Numbered from the stretch's first letter, positions 1-8,993 are shown. The stretch is DNA of 28,722 bases from a virus (IMGVR_UViG_3300044305_000997:1-28722); one strand, 5' to 3'. A program made the numbers and translations. Notes: a model not told the origin generated them from the letters alone.

Positions 1-126
1 GCAAAGTAAATAAAAGACTATTTAGTAAAACTGAATTAACTACTCATATAGTTTAACTAATATAATTAAAAATGAAAAAATTTGAAACTCCAAGTAGAAC
101 AAGTCCTAGAGGTAGTCGCAGAGCGT
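1..126. repeat. Terminal direct repeat, copy 1 (assembly overlap indicating a circular genome)
   Basis: 1..126 is identical to 28596..28721; the next base differs (G at 127, T at 28722). Confidence 0.95.
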
Positions 127-203
127 GTCTGTGTGAGGACAACACCTATTCAGTTAAATGCTGTAAGGGGAATATAGTAAATCAAGGCATTGGTAAAATT
201 TAA
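72..203 (+). CDS. Small Cys-rich hypothetical protein (43 aa), not in ORF track
   Basis: MKKFETPSRTSPRGSRRACLCEDNTYSVKCCKGNIVNQGIGKI; A-rich leader; fills the gap before the scaffold promoter. Confidence 0.7.
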   Translation: MKKFETPSRTSPRGSRRACLCEDNTYSVKCCKGNIVNQGIGKI

Positions 204-208
204 AAATG

Positions 209-233
209 CAAATATAAATTAATAATCGTTATA
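209..233 (+). promoter_or_regulatory. Putative late promoter CAAA-N14-CGTTATA, 5 nt before ATG 239
   Basis: Same motif and spacing at five intergenic sites. Confidence 0.75.
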
Positions 234-238
234 GTAAT

Positions 239-883
239 ATGAAATCAACCGAAATTTTAAACAAAATTAAAACTTTCTTAGGAGACGAAGCTAAAGTTGA
301 AGAAACAGTTGAAGAAACTCAATTAGAAGCTCAAGAAGAAATCCAAGAAGAAGTAAAAGTAGAGTTAGCACAAGCTAAACTTGAAAACGGCACAATCGTA
401 GAATCAGAATCATTTAAAGCAGGAGACGAAATCTTTATCGTAACAGACGATGAGAAAGTAGCAATGCCTGTTGGAGAATATGTAATGGAAGATGGCAAAC
501 TTCTAGTAGTAGAAGAAGAAGGAATCATTGCAGATTACAGAGTTGTTTCTGATGATGTACCTCAAAAAGAAGATGAAATGGCAGAAGAAAAAGAGTATGA
601 ATCAGTAGATGACGGAAAAGAAGCAGCAGTTGATGACTGGGCAGGCATGGAAAAAAGAATTAAAAATCTTGAAGATGCTATCGCTGATATTAAAAGCAAG
701 ATGGGAGAAAAAGAAGATTTTGAAAAACTTGAGAAAGAAGTTAAGCAGCAATTATCAGAAACACCTGCTGCTGAAGCAATTACTCATAATCCAGAAGTAA
801 AAAAGAGCTTTAATCTAAAGTATGCTCAAAATAGACAGCAAAATTCTTTAGATAGAGTATTAAGCAAAATGTATAATAATTAA
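239..883 (+). CDS. Probable capsid scaffolding protein
   Basis: Very acidic, coiled-coil C-terminal half, directly upstream of the major capsid gene. Confidence 0.65.
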   Translation: MKSTEILNKIKTFLGDEAKVEETVEETQLEAQEEIQEEVKVELAQAKLENGTIVESESFKAGDEIFIVTDDEKVAMPVGEYVMEDGKLLVVEEEGIIADYRVVSDDVPQKEDEMAEEKEYESVDDGKEAAVDDWAGMEKRIKNLEDAIADIKSKMGEKEDFEKLEKEVKQQLSETPAAEAITHNPEVKKSFNLKYAQNRQQNSLDRVLSKMYNN

Positions 884-896
884 AAACAATTAAAAA

Positions 897-1823
897 ATGG
901 CAAATCCAACTTATACCGCAGGAACTTACGCTGGTGAGTTTTCAGGTAAAATTTTAGGGGCAGCATTGTTAAGTGCATCAACTTTAGATGCTGGTGCGAT
1001 AACAATTATGCCTAATGTCAGGTATAAATCTGTATTACAGGTAGGTGCTTGGGCAAATGTAGTTAAAGGAGCTAGTTGTGATTTTACAGCTACTGGCGCT
1101 TTAACTTTAACAGAAAAAGTATTAACAACAAAAGAACTACAAGTAAATGCAGAACTTTGCAAGCAAGATTTAGTTCAGGAATGGCAAGCTGTAGAGATGG
1201 GATTCTCTGCTTACGCTGAAATACCAAACTCTTTTGAGGAGTATGTAATTTCAAGAGTAGCTGCCGAAGTAGCAAACGCTACAGAAACTTCTATTTGGGC
1301 TGGTGCTTCAGGAGCTGATGACTATGATGGTTTTCAAGCTCTTGCTCTTGCAGATGGAGATGTAGTAGATGTAACTGCTTCAGCAATAACTTCTGCAAAT
1401 GTAATTGCACAAATGGGTGCTGTAGTAGATGCTGCAAGTAAAGCTGCTTTAGGAACTGCTGATCTTACTCTTTATGTATCAACAAATGTAGCTAGAGCTT
1501 ATATTAGAGCTTTAGGTGGATTTGGAACAAGTGGTCTAGGTGCTGCTGGTATTGATAATAAGGGAACATCTTGGTATTCTAATGGAAATCAATTAACATT
1601 TGAAGGTATTCCAGTTTTCGTAGCTAACGGAATGGGTAACAACAAAATGATGTTAACTCCTAAATCTAATTTATTCTGGGGAACTGGCTTAGCTGACGAC
1701 AGAAATGAAGTAAGATTTATTGATATGGCTGATAAAGACGGAAGTCGCAATGTAAGAGTTATCATGCGTTGGACAGCAGGTTGTCAAATCGGAGTAGGAG
1801 CTGATTTAGTTTACTATTCATAA
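897..1823 (+). CDS. Major capsid protein
   Basis: 308 aa, Ala/Gly-rich, follows the scaffold and precedes a terminator; HK97-like segments (LTLTEKVL, GIPVFV). Confidence 0.75.
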   Translation: MANPTYTAGTYAGEFSGKILGAALLSASTLDAGAITIMPNVRYKSVLQVGAWANVVKGASCDFTATGALTLTEKVLTTKELQVNAELCKQDLVQEWQAVEMGFSAYAEIPNSFEEYVISRVAAEVANATETSIWAGASGADDYDGFQALALADGDVVDVTASAITSANVIAQMGAVVDAASKAALGTADLTLYVSTNVARAYIRALGGFGTSGLGAAGIDNKGTSWYSNGNQLTFEGIPVFVANGMGNNKMMLTPKSNLFWGTGLADDRNEVRFIDMADKDGSRNVRVIMRWTAGCQIGVGADLVYYS

Positions 1824-1828
1824 TAATT

Positions 1829-1855
1829 AAAGGGGTAGTTAACCCTACCCTTTTT
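1829..1855 (+). terminator. Intrinsic terminator
   Basis: GGGTAG-TTAACC-CTACCC stem-loop followed by TTTTT. Confidence 0.8.
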
Positions 1856-1906
1856 ATAATAAATAATTGTTAGCTGAAACGCTAACTAATTGAAAATCAA
1901 ATACTT

Positions 1907-2443
1907 ATGGCGTGTGTATTAACAAAAGGTAGAAAAGTACCCTGTAAATCAGGAGTAGGTGGCTTAAAGTCAGTTTATTTTGCAGACTTTGGAGGATTAG
2001 GAGCTATTACTATTACTGATTTTGAAATTTCAGCAATAGCAGGATCGCCTACTTTATATCAATTTGATTTAAAAGGTAATTCCTCTTTTGAAACTACCGT
2101 AACAAGCTCTCGTGAAAATGGTACTACATTTTACGAAAGTACATTAACTTTAAACTTTACATTCCAAGATAGACATACTCAAGAAGAAATAAGACTTCTT
2201 GCTATTTCAAGACCTCATATTTGGGTTGAGGCTTATAGTGGTCCAGCAGGAAGCTCTTATTATTTAATGGGTAAGGTCAATGGATGTGAGTTAACGACAG
2301 GTAATTTTTCTAATGGAGCAGCAATGGGAGACCTAAATGGTTACTCATTGACATTTACAGCACAAGAAATGGCTGCACCAGACTTTACAATTTCAACAGT
2401 TGTAACAGGAGCTAGTCAAGGTTCTCAAATAACACCTAACTAA
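1907..2443 (+). CDS. Probable major tail tube protein
   Basis: 178 aa, beta-rich Thr/Ser/Gly composition (ENGTTFYE, GDLNGYSLTF); follows the capsid gene and has its own terminator. Confidence 0.6.
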   Translation: MACVLTKGRKVPCKSGVGGLKSVYFADFGGLGAITITDFEISAIAGSPTLYQFDLKGNSSFETTVTSSRENGTTFYESTLTLNFTFQDRHTQEEIRLLAISRPHIWVEAYSGPAGSSYYLMGKVNGCELTTGNFSNGAAMGDLNGYSLTFTAQEMAAPDFTISTVVTGASQGSQITPN

Positions 2444-2471
2444 TAGGATTCTAACTTGTTTTAAAAAAATC

Positions 2472-2502
2472 AAGGGGTATGTTAATCGTATCCCTTTTTT
2501 TT
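2472..2502 (+). terminator. Intrinsic terminator
   Basis: GGGGTATG-TTAAT-CGTATCCC (with G:U pairs) followed by a T run. Confidence 0.75.
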
Positions 2503-2503
2503 A

Positions 2504-2511
2504 TATCTTTG
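2504..2511 (+). promoter_or_regulatory. Bacteroidota-type -7 promoter element TAnnTTTG
   Basis: TATCTTTG is an exact match to the established Bacteroidota primary-sigma -7 consensus. Confidence 0.55.
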
Positions 2512-2515
2512 TTAT

Positions 2516-2565
2516 AGTGTTTTCATAATTTAGTTTAAGGGGAGGTTTTAATACCTCCTTTTTTT
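2516..2565 (+). ncRNA. Candidate ~50 nt small RNA 1
   Basis: Lies between a -7 element and a terminator with no ORF; contains GTTTTCATAATTTAGTTT, the reverse complement of a start-codon region. Confidence 0.4.
2538..2565 (+). terminator. Intrinsic terminator
   Basis: GGAGGT-TTTAAT-ACCTCC followed by T7. Confidence 0.8.
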
Positions 2566-2570
2566 ATACG

Positions 2571-2595
2571 CAAAATCTAAAGTTTATTCGTTATA
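2571..2595 (+). promoter_or_regulatory. Putative late promoter CAAA-N14-CGTTATA, 5 nt before ATG 2601
   Basis: Repeated motif with identical spacing. Confidence 0.75.
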
Positions 2596-2600
2596 TTAGT

Positions 2601-2957
2601 ATGATACATTTAACGACATCAGCTTCTAGTCAAACAATGAAGATAATTCCAAGAAGTTATGCCTCTAGTGTTAGTATGATTTTAAGAGACGATTCAACTA
2701 ATACCTCCACAACCTATAGTAGCATAAGCACTTCAACAGACAAAAATTATTTAGTAATTGCAAAAGCTTTAAGCCCTGTTTTAGTTGAAGGTAGATTTTA
2801 TGATATGACAGTTAAAGAAGGTGCAAATATAATTTATAAAGATAAAATATTTTGTACTAATCAAACTGTAGATCAAGCAAATAACGATTATTACACTATG
2901 AATAGTGGAGAATACACTACAGAAGATAGTTACGATAACGATTATATTATAATATGA
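2601..2957 (+). CDS. Hypothetical virion protein
   Basis: 118 aa ORF with ATGA overlap to the portal gene. Confidence 0.6.
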   Translation: MIHLTTSASSQTMKIIPRSYASSVSMILRDDSTNTSTTYSSISTSTDKNYLVIAKALSPVLVEGRFYDMTVKEGANIIYKDKIFCTNQTVDQANNDYYTMNSGEYTTEDSYDNDYIII

Positions 2958-5266
2958 AAAATAAAACTGAATTAAGTATTGTTAATTTAAGCACTTATAC
3001 TTCTCCTGTAGTAAAAGAGGTAATGGGTAAAGAGTGGATAGCATTTGGAAAAAATAATGACTATTTCCAATATTTAATAGACCGCTATAACGGAAGTCCG
3101 ACCAATATGGCTATTATAAACGGAATCTCAGAGATGATATTTGGGAAAGGCTTAGACGCTACTGATTCTAATAGACGACCAGACCAATATGCAATGATGA
3201 TTTCTTTATTTAGAGATGAAGTTGTAAGAAGACTATCTTCTGACTTAAAATTAATGGGTCAATGTGCAATGCAAGTAATTTATTCAAAAGATAGATCAAG
3301 AATTGTAAAAGTTGAGCATATTCCTGTTGAAACATTAAGAGCTGAAAAATGTAACGAAAAAGGAGAAGTACCTGCTTACTTTTATTTTAATGATTGGTCT
3401 AAGTATAAAAAAAGTAGTGTACTAAAGCGTATTCCTGCTTTTGGTATGTCTAAGGAGGGCTTAGAAATAATGTATATTAAGCCTTATAGAGCAGGATACA
3501 AGTATTATAGTCCGCCAGATTACGAAGGTGGTACGCAATATTGTGAGTTAGAACAAGAAATATCTAACTATCATTTGAATAATATAATGAATGGTCTTGC
3601 TCCAAGTATGTTAATTAACATGAATAACGGAACACCTGACCCTGAACAAAGGGAAATAATAGAAAATAAGATATATGAAAAGTTTTCAGGTAGTTCAAAT
3701 GCAGGTAAATTCATACTTGCTTTTAATGATGACCCAGCAACTGCTGCAACAATCGACCCTATTCAGTTAAGTGAAGCTCATAATCAGTATCAATTTCTGT
3801 CTGATGAGAGTTCTAAAAAGATTATGGTTGCTCATAGGGTTGTTAGTCCTATGTTATTAGGGGTAAAAGACAACACAGGCTTTGGTAGTAACGCAGATGA
3901 GTTAAAAACAGCTTCTATTTTGATGGATAACATGGTTATTAGACCTTTTCAGACACTTTTAATCAATGCCTTTGACCAAATACTAGCTTACAACGATATA
4001 TCGCTGCATTTATACTTTAAAACGCTTCAGCCGCTTGAATTTACTGACTTATCTAATGTAACAGACGAAGAAACACGAGAAGAAGAAACAGGAGTTAAAT
4101 TAAGTAATGAAGAAGAAATCTTACTAGAATCATATAGTGATTATCCAGACGGAGTAAAGAACAACGCTAAAAAAGGCATAGAATTAAACAAGAAAGTAAA
4201 CAATAAGTGCGCTACACAAGTAGGTAAGGTGCGAGCTAAACAACTTGCGCAAGGCGAAGCAATTTCAAAAAAAACAATTAAAAGAATGTACTCTTATTTA
4301 AGTAGAGCAGAAGAATACTATGATGAAGGAAATACTAAGGCTTGTGGTACTATTTCTTATTTACTATGGGGAGGAAAAGCAGGTTTAAGATGGAGTAAAT
4401 CTAAACTAAAAGAATTAGGAGAAATAGAATTAGCTAGTATGGTTGTAAGTGATAATTTAGCTATTATAGATAATAGATTAGCATACTCAACGAAAGAGTT
4501 AGCAATTACAGCCGCAGATAATATAGGTTGTGATAAATACCACGAGCATGAGTTTGAGGGTAAAACTTGGTATATGCCTTGTAAAGATCATTCAGAAGCT
4601 ACAAGCCTATCAAAAGATTTAGAAAAATTTATAGATACGGAAGTTGCTGATAGTTTAATAGATTTAGGAGAAAATGAAGAAGATTTATTAAAAAACTTTG
4701 ATATTGTTGATGAAAGAGAGGTAAATTATGATTTTGATGGAGAATTAGACGAGGTTATAAAAGATTTAAACAAAACAGAGCTTGCAAGTACAGGAGTTGC
4801 TAGACCATATAAAGAAGATCCTCAAGATGGTAAAAGTAAACAAGAAAAATACGAAGATTATACATTTTTAGTTAGATACATGTATAACCCTGCTAGAGTT
4901 CAAGCAAGTTCAAGAGAATTTTGTCGAAAAATGGTTTCAGCTAAAAAAGTTTATCGTAAAGAAGATATAGAAGCAATGACAAGCAAGGTAGTTAATGCAG
5001 GATTCGGTAAAGGTGGGTCAAATACTTATTCAATATGGTTATGGAAAGGCGGAGCGAGATGCAAGCACAGATGGTATCGTAAAACATATATGAGAAAAGA
5101 TGGCGAAAGAAGTTTAGGAGAAAATATATCATCAACAGAAGCAAAGAGTAGAGGGTTTACTCCAAAAGGAAGAAAAAATGCTAAAAGAGTTTCTGTAGCT
5201 CCAAACGATATGCAATATAAAGGTTATACAGCGGCTTACTGGAAGAAAATGGGTTTTAAAAATTAA
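2954..5266 (+). CDS. Portal protein with extra C-terminal domains (including a MuF/gp7-like minor head domain)
   Basis: The first ~380 aa are portal-like (NGLAPS, FSGSSNAGK, IMVAHRVVSPMLLG, VIRPFQ); the C-terminus carries SREFC...KGGARCKHRW. Confidence 0.8.
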   Translation: MKNKTELSIVNLSTYTSPVVKEVMGKEWIAFGKNNDYFQYLIDRYNGSPTNMAIINGISEMIFGKGLDATDSNRRPDQYAMMISLFRDEVVRRLSSDLKLMGQCAMQVIYSKDRSRIVKVEHIPVETLRAEKCNEKGEVPAYFYFNDWSKYKKSSVLKRIPAFGMSKEGLEIMYIKPYRAGYKYYSPPDYEGGTQYCELEQEISNYHLNNIMNGLAPSMLINMNNGTPDPEQREIIENKIYEKFSGSSNAGKFILAFNDDPATAATIDPIQLSEAHNQYQFLSDESSKKIMVAHRVVSPMLLGVKDNTGFGSNADELKTASILMDNMVIRPFQTLLINAFDQILAYNDISLHLYFKTLQPLEFTDLSNVTDEETREEETGVKLSNEEEILLESYSDYPDGVKNNAKKGIELNKKVNNKCATQVGKVRAKQLAQGEAISKKTIKRMYSYLSRAEEYYDEGNTKACGTISYLLWGGKAGLRWSKSKLKELGEIELASMVVSDNLAIIDNRLAYSTKELAITAADNIGCDKYHEHEFEGKTWYMPCKDHSEATSLSKDLEKFIDTEVADSLIDLGENEEDLLKNFDIVDEREVNYDFDGELDEVIKDLNKTELASTGVARPYKEDPQDGKSKQEKYEDYTFLVRYMYNPARVQASSREFCRKMVSAKKVYRKEDIEAMTSKVVNAGFGKGGSNTYSIWLWKGGARCKHRWYRKTYMRKDGERSLGENISSTEAKSRGFTPKGRKNAKRVSVAPNDMQYKGYTAAYWKKMGFKN

Positions 5267-5268
5267 TT

Positions 5269-5772
5269 ATGGCAACAGTATTATTTATAACGAGAACGGA
5301 TTTAATAAAAAACTCTATCATTGATGGAAATGTAGATACTGATAAATTTATTCAATTTGTTAAGGTAGCTCAGCAAATAGAAATCAAAAATTATCTAGGT
5401 ACAGCGTTATACGATAAGATAAGCACAGATATTGCTTCAGTAAGTGGATTGTCAGGAAATTACTTAACATTGGTTGTCGAATATGTGCAGCCCATGCTAA
5501 TCTGGTACGCCCAGAGTGAGTTCATTCCTTATAGTGCCTATCAAATAAAGCAAGGAGGGATTTATAAACATACTAGCGAGAACGCTGAAACAGTAAGTAA
5601 AACAGAAGTAGATTTTTTAGTCCAAAAGGCTAGAAATACCGCAGAATATTATACGCAGAGGTTTATAGATTACATTAATAATAATAGTGGTTTATTTCCT
5701 GAGTATAGTCAGAATAGTGGAGGTGATGTATTTCCAGATTCAGACGCTACCTTTAATGGTTGGGTGCTGTGA
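5269..5772 (+). CDS. Probable head-tail adaptor
   Basis: 167 aa helical protein directly after the portal (AQ..EI..YLGT.LY). Confidence 0.55.
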   Translation: MATVLFITRTDLIKNSIIDGNVDTDKFIQFVKVAQQIEIKNYLGTALYDKISTDIASVSGLSGNYLTLVVEYVQPMLIWYAQSEFIPYSAYQIKQGGIYKHTSENAETVSKTEVDFLVQKARNTAEYYTQRFIDYINNNSGLFPEYSQNSGGDVFPDSDATFNGWVL

Positions 5773-5882
5773 TATATAAACCAAAAAGTAAAAATATAGT
5801 TAAACTAAAAAAGTTTTTAAATATGAATTGGGTACAAACAAATACATTAAACACAGAAATAGTTTACAAAAAAACTAAATAA
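5769..5882 (+). CDS. Small basic hypothetical protein (37 aa, GTG start)
   Basis: GTGA overlap upstream and TAATG overlap downstream; (M)IYKPKSKNIVKLKKFLNMNW... Confidence 0.5.
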   Translation: MIYKPKSKNIVKLKKFLNMNWVQTNTLNTEIVYKKTK

Positions 5883-6049
5883 TGGCATACGGAAATATAT
5901 ACGAAGATAGTTGGTGGGGGAACACTAATGAAGCGAATGGTTGGGGATCAATATATCCTTTTAATGCTGATGCTTCTAATTTTAGAGCAGATACAACTTT
6001 AATATTAGCAGATACAACCTTATATACAGCCGATCAAACAGAATATTAA
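5882..6049 (+). CDS. Small protein with AD[TQ]T heptad repeats (55 aa)
   Basis: MAYGNIYEDSWWGNTNEANGWGSIYPF...RADTTLILADTTLYTADQTEY; immediately before the fibre gene. Confidence 0.7.
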   Translation: MAYGNIYEDSWWGNTNEANGWGSIYPFNADASNFRADTTLILADTTLYTADQTEY

Positions 6050-6067
6050 AAAATAAAAAACTAAAAA

Positions 6068-8311
6068 ATGAGTAAACAAACAGTAAATATAGGATCAAGT
6101 GCAAATGATGGAACAGGCTCACCGATAAGAACCGCCTTTGAGATTTGCAATGATAACTTCACAGAATTATATTCTAGTGGAACAACAGCTCTTGCTTTCA
6201 AAATAGAAGGAACAAATTTTACAGGGTCTTTAATTGTAGGACATAGTACAACAGGTACATTATCCGCCGCTACATATAATACCGCTCTTGGTATAGGAGC
6301 AATGGATGCAATAACGCAGGGTGATTATAATGTTGCTATCGGTTATAATGCTGGTACAGCTCTAACTACTGGTAGTCATAATGTATTGTTAGGCGCTACT
6401 GCTGGTGATTCTTTAAATACAGGGGATCAAAATATAGCAATAGGCTATCAAGCCCTTCAATACGAAACTGCGCATGGTGGTAATATAGCTATAGGTCATC
6501 AATCGTTAACTACTTTGCGTGCTGGTTCAGATGCTTATAATGTAGCAATTGGGTATGATTCTGGTAAGCTAGTTTCAACAGGTATTGAAAGTGTATTTAT
6601 TGGAGGTTTAGCAGGAGATGCTATCACAACAGGATCAGGAAACGTTGCTGTAGGTTATTCAGCTCTTAGCACCGAAGATGCTCATGGTAAAAACGTAGCT
6701 ATAGGACATAATACTTTAAGAGATCAAGACGCTGGAGCAGATGCTTACAATGTTGCTGTAGGTTATCAAGCAGGTAAAGTAATTTCAACAGGTGCAGGCA
6801 ACACATTAATAGGTGGATTAGCGGGTGATGCAATAACTATAGGTGGTAGTAATACATTAATTGGTAAAGATGCTGGTGGAGCTATCACACAAGGTGATAA
6901 TAACACAGCTGTAGGTGCTAGTGCTTTAGCTAGTGAAGATACACAGGGAAGAAATGTTGCTGTAGGAAAAGAAGCATTAACCGCCTTAAATGCTGGGTCA
7001 GACGCTTATAATGTTGCTGTAGGATTTGAAGCTGGTAAAGCTGTTACAACAGGTGTAAATAATACTTTAATAGGTGCGCAATCAGGTGATGCGTTAACAT
7101 CTGGCTCACAAAATATAGCAATAGGTAGAGACGCTTTAAGTACAGAGGATACGCGTGGTTATAATATAGCCATTGGAGGTTATGCTTTACAAGATTTAAA
7201 TGCTGTTTCTGACGGGTTTAATGTAGCTATCGGATATAGTGCTGGAGCAGAAATGACTACAGGACTATATAATACTGTTCTTGGCGGACAAGCAATGAGT
7301 ACGGGTATTACTACTGGAGATTATAATGTTGCTGTTGGCTACCAAGCTGGTAACACAATGACATCGGGTACACAAAACATTATTATAGGTAGTCTAGCAG
7401 GAGATGCTTTAACTACTGCGGCAAACAATATTGCAATTGGACATGCTGCTTTATCAGCTGATGATGATGGTCATGGAACTGTAGCTATAGGAGCATTTGC
7501 TTTACAAACTCAAGACGGGGGTAACGCTTATAACACCGCTATAGGGTTTAATGCTGGAGCTGTTGTTACAACAGGTGTTAATAATACTATCGTTGGTGGA
7601 AATGCTGGTGACGCATTAACCACTGGTGCAAGAAACATTGCTATAGGAAACCACGCTTTAGGGACAGAAGATGCTCATGGAAGAAATGTAGCTGTAGGTT
7701 ATGAGGCTTTAAAAACACAAGATGCTGGAGCTGACGCTTATAATGTAGCTGTTGGTTATCAAGCTGGGCTTGATCTTACAAGTGGAATAAATTGTGTTTT
7801 AGTAGGTAGAGGTGCTGGTGAAAATGTTACTACAGGAGGTACTAACACCTGTGTTGGTGCAAAAGCTGGAGATGCTTTAACTGAGGGTTCTAATAACATA
7901 CTTATAGGATATAATGCTGCCGCTTCTGCTGTTGATGTAGATAACGAAATAACTTTAGGCGATAGTAATATTGCCTCTATAAGATGTCAAGTACAAACAA
8001 TCTCATCATTATCAGATAAAAGAGATAAAACAAATATTAACACTTTAGATAAAGGACTAGATTTTGTAGATGCTTTAAAACCAGTTAAGTTTGATTGGGA
8101 AACAAGAGACGGATCACAAAAAGGTGTTAAAGATATTGGATTTATTGCTCAAGATTTACAAGAACTAGACGATGAATATACTAATTTAGTTTATGACAAA
8201 AATCCAGAAAGACTAGAAGCTTCTTATGGCAGACTATTACCAATATTAGTAAAAGCAGTACAAGAGTTGTCTGCTGAAGTAAAACAATTAAAACAACAAT
8301 TAAATAATTAA
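6068..8311 (+). CDS. Tail fibre / receptor-binding protein with Gly-rich repeats and C-terminal peptidase S74 intramolecular chaperone
   Basis: N-terminal KQTVNIGSSANDGTG..R.AF...NDNFTELY anchor motif; many N(V/I)A(I/V)G repeats; SDKRDK...GFIAQ...LVKAVQEL. Confidence 0.85.
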   Translation: MSKQTVNIGSSANDGTGSPIRTAFEICNDNFTELYSSGTTALAFKIEGTNFTGSLIVGHSTTGTLSAATYNTALGIGAMDAITQGDYNVAIGYNAGTALTTGSHNVLLGATAGDSLNTGDQNIAIGYQALQYETAHGGNIAIGHQSLTTLRAGSDAYNVAIGYDSGKLVSTGIESVFIGGLAGDAITTGSGNVAVGYSALSTEDAHGKNVAIGHNTLRDQDAGADAYNVAVGYQAGKVISTGAGNTLIGGLAGDAITIGGSNTLIGKDAGGAITQGDNNTAVGASALASEDTQGRNVAVGKEALTALNAGSDAYNVAVGFEAGKAVTTGVNNTLIGAQSGDALTSGSQNIAIGRDALSTEDTRGYNIAIGGYALQDLNAVSDGFNVAIGYSAGAEMTTGLYNTVLGGQAMSTGITTGDYNVAVGYQAGNTMTSGTQNIIIGSLAGDALTTAANNIAIGHAALSADDDGHGTVAIGAFALQTQDGGNAYNTAIGFNAGAVVTTGVNNTIVGGNAGDALTTGARNIAIGNHALGTEDAHGRNVAVGYEALKTQDAGADAYNVAVGYQAGLDLTSGINCVLVGRGAGENVTTGGTNTCVGAKAGDALTEGSNNILIGYNAAASAVDVDNEITLGDSNIASIRCQVQTISSLSDKRDKTNINTLDKGLDFVDALKPVKFDWETRDGSQKGVKDIGFIAQDLQELDDEYTNLVYDKNPERLEASYGRLLPILVKAVQELSAEVKQLKQQLNN

Positions 8312-8315
8312 AATT

Positions 8316-8552
8316 ATGAGTGAAGAAATCGAGTACACAGCAGAAGATGCTGCAAGAGATATTCCTGCAACAATGGAATCTGTTGAAATCGTTGAAAGAG
8401 TAAGAGCTATCGCTGAGGCTGATAGAACTGAAGATCAAAAGGGTGATTTATTTAGAAACGAAGGGCATATTGTCATTAAAATGGCATTTGAAAACTTTGT
8501 ATCTGCACTATCCTCTGATCAAAAAGCAAAAATAGACGCTTTAAGTCTATAA
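8316..8552 (+). CDS. Hypothetical protein (possible fibre accessory)
   Basis: 78 aa acidic ORF, tightly packed after the fibre gene. Confidence 0.6.
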   Translation: MSEEIEYTAEDAARDIPATMESVEIVERVRAIAEADRTEDQKGDLFRNEGHIVIKMAFENFVSALSSDQKAKIDALSL

Positions 8553-8572
8553 ATTTAATTAAATAAATAAAA

Positions 8573-8803
8573 ATGTCAAAAATAACAGAAGAAGAACTAA
8601 AGACACTAACAGAACAAGAACAAAAGAAATCAGCAATCATACATGATTTAGGTTTTTTAGAAACTCAAAAACATTCTTTAAATCACTTCTTTAATCAAGT
8701 GGTAAAAGAAAATGAAGATTCTAAAAAAGAACTAGAAGAAAAATATGGTAAAATTTCAGTTGATCTAAAAGATGGGTCTTATGAGGAAGTAGAGGACGAA
8801 TAA
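8573..8803 (+). CDS. Hypothetical coiled-coil protein
   Basis: 76 aa; LEEKYGKISVDLKDG end. Confidence 0.65.
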   Translation: MSKITEEELKTLTEQEQKKSAIIHDLGFLETQKHSLNHFFNQVVKENEDSKKELEEKYGKISVDLKDGSYEEVEDE

Positions 8804-8813
8804 AAATTTTAAC

Positions 8814-8993
8814 ATGAAATATAAATTTAATACAAGAGAGGAATTAGTGGAGATGTTTAATAGCATTTCTACACCTCACTCGCATAGTATTCAATTAGAT
8901 GGAAATTATGCAGAAATAGAATGGGATGGCGAAGCTCCAGAGGGCTGGTCAAAATATAAAGAAAACAAATCTAAAAAAGATGGCAAATCTTAA
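8814..8993 (+). CDS. Hypothetical protein (59 aa), not in ORF track
   Basis: MKYKFNTREELVEMF...IEWDGEAPEGWSKY...; fills the gap, with an A-rich leader. Confidence 0.65.
   Translation: MKYKFNTREELVEMFNSISTPHSHSIQLDGNYAEIEWDGEAPEGWSKYKENKSKKDGKS

Noticed and set aside
331-1275. ORFs 331-528(-), 609-800(+), 926-1162(-), 1090-1275(-)
   Set aside because: Shadow frames inside the scaffold and capsid genes, with no motifs.
4787-5266. MuF polymorphic toxin
   Set aside because: No toxin domain follows the MuF-like region and no immunity-like gene is evident.
6270-7930. Fibre repeats as a CRISPR array or DGR template/variable repeats
   Set aside because: The repeats are in-frame and degenerate at third positions, and no cas or reverse transcriptase gene is present.
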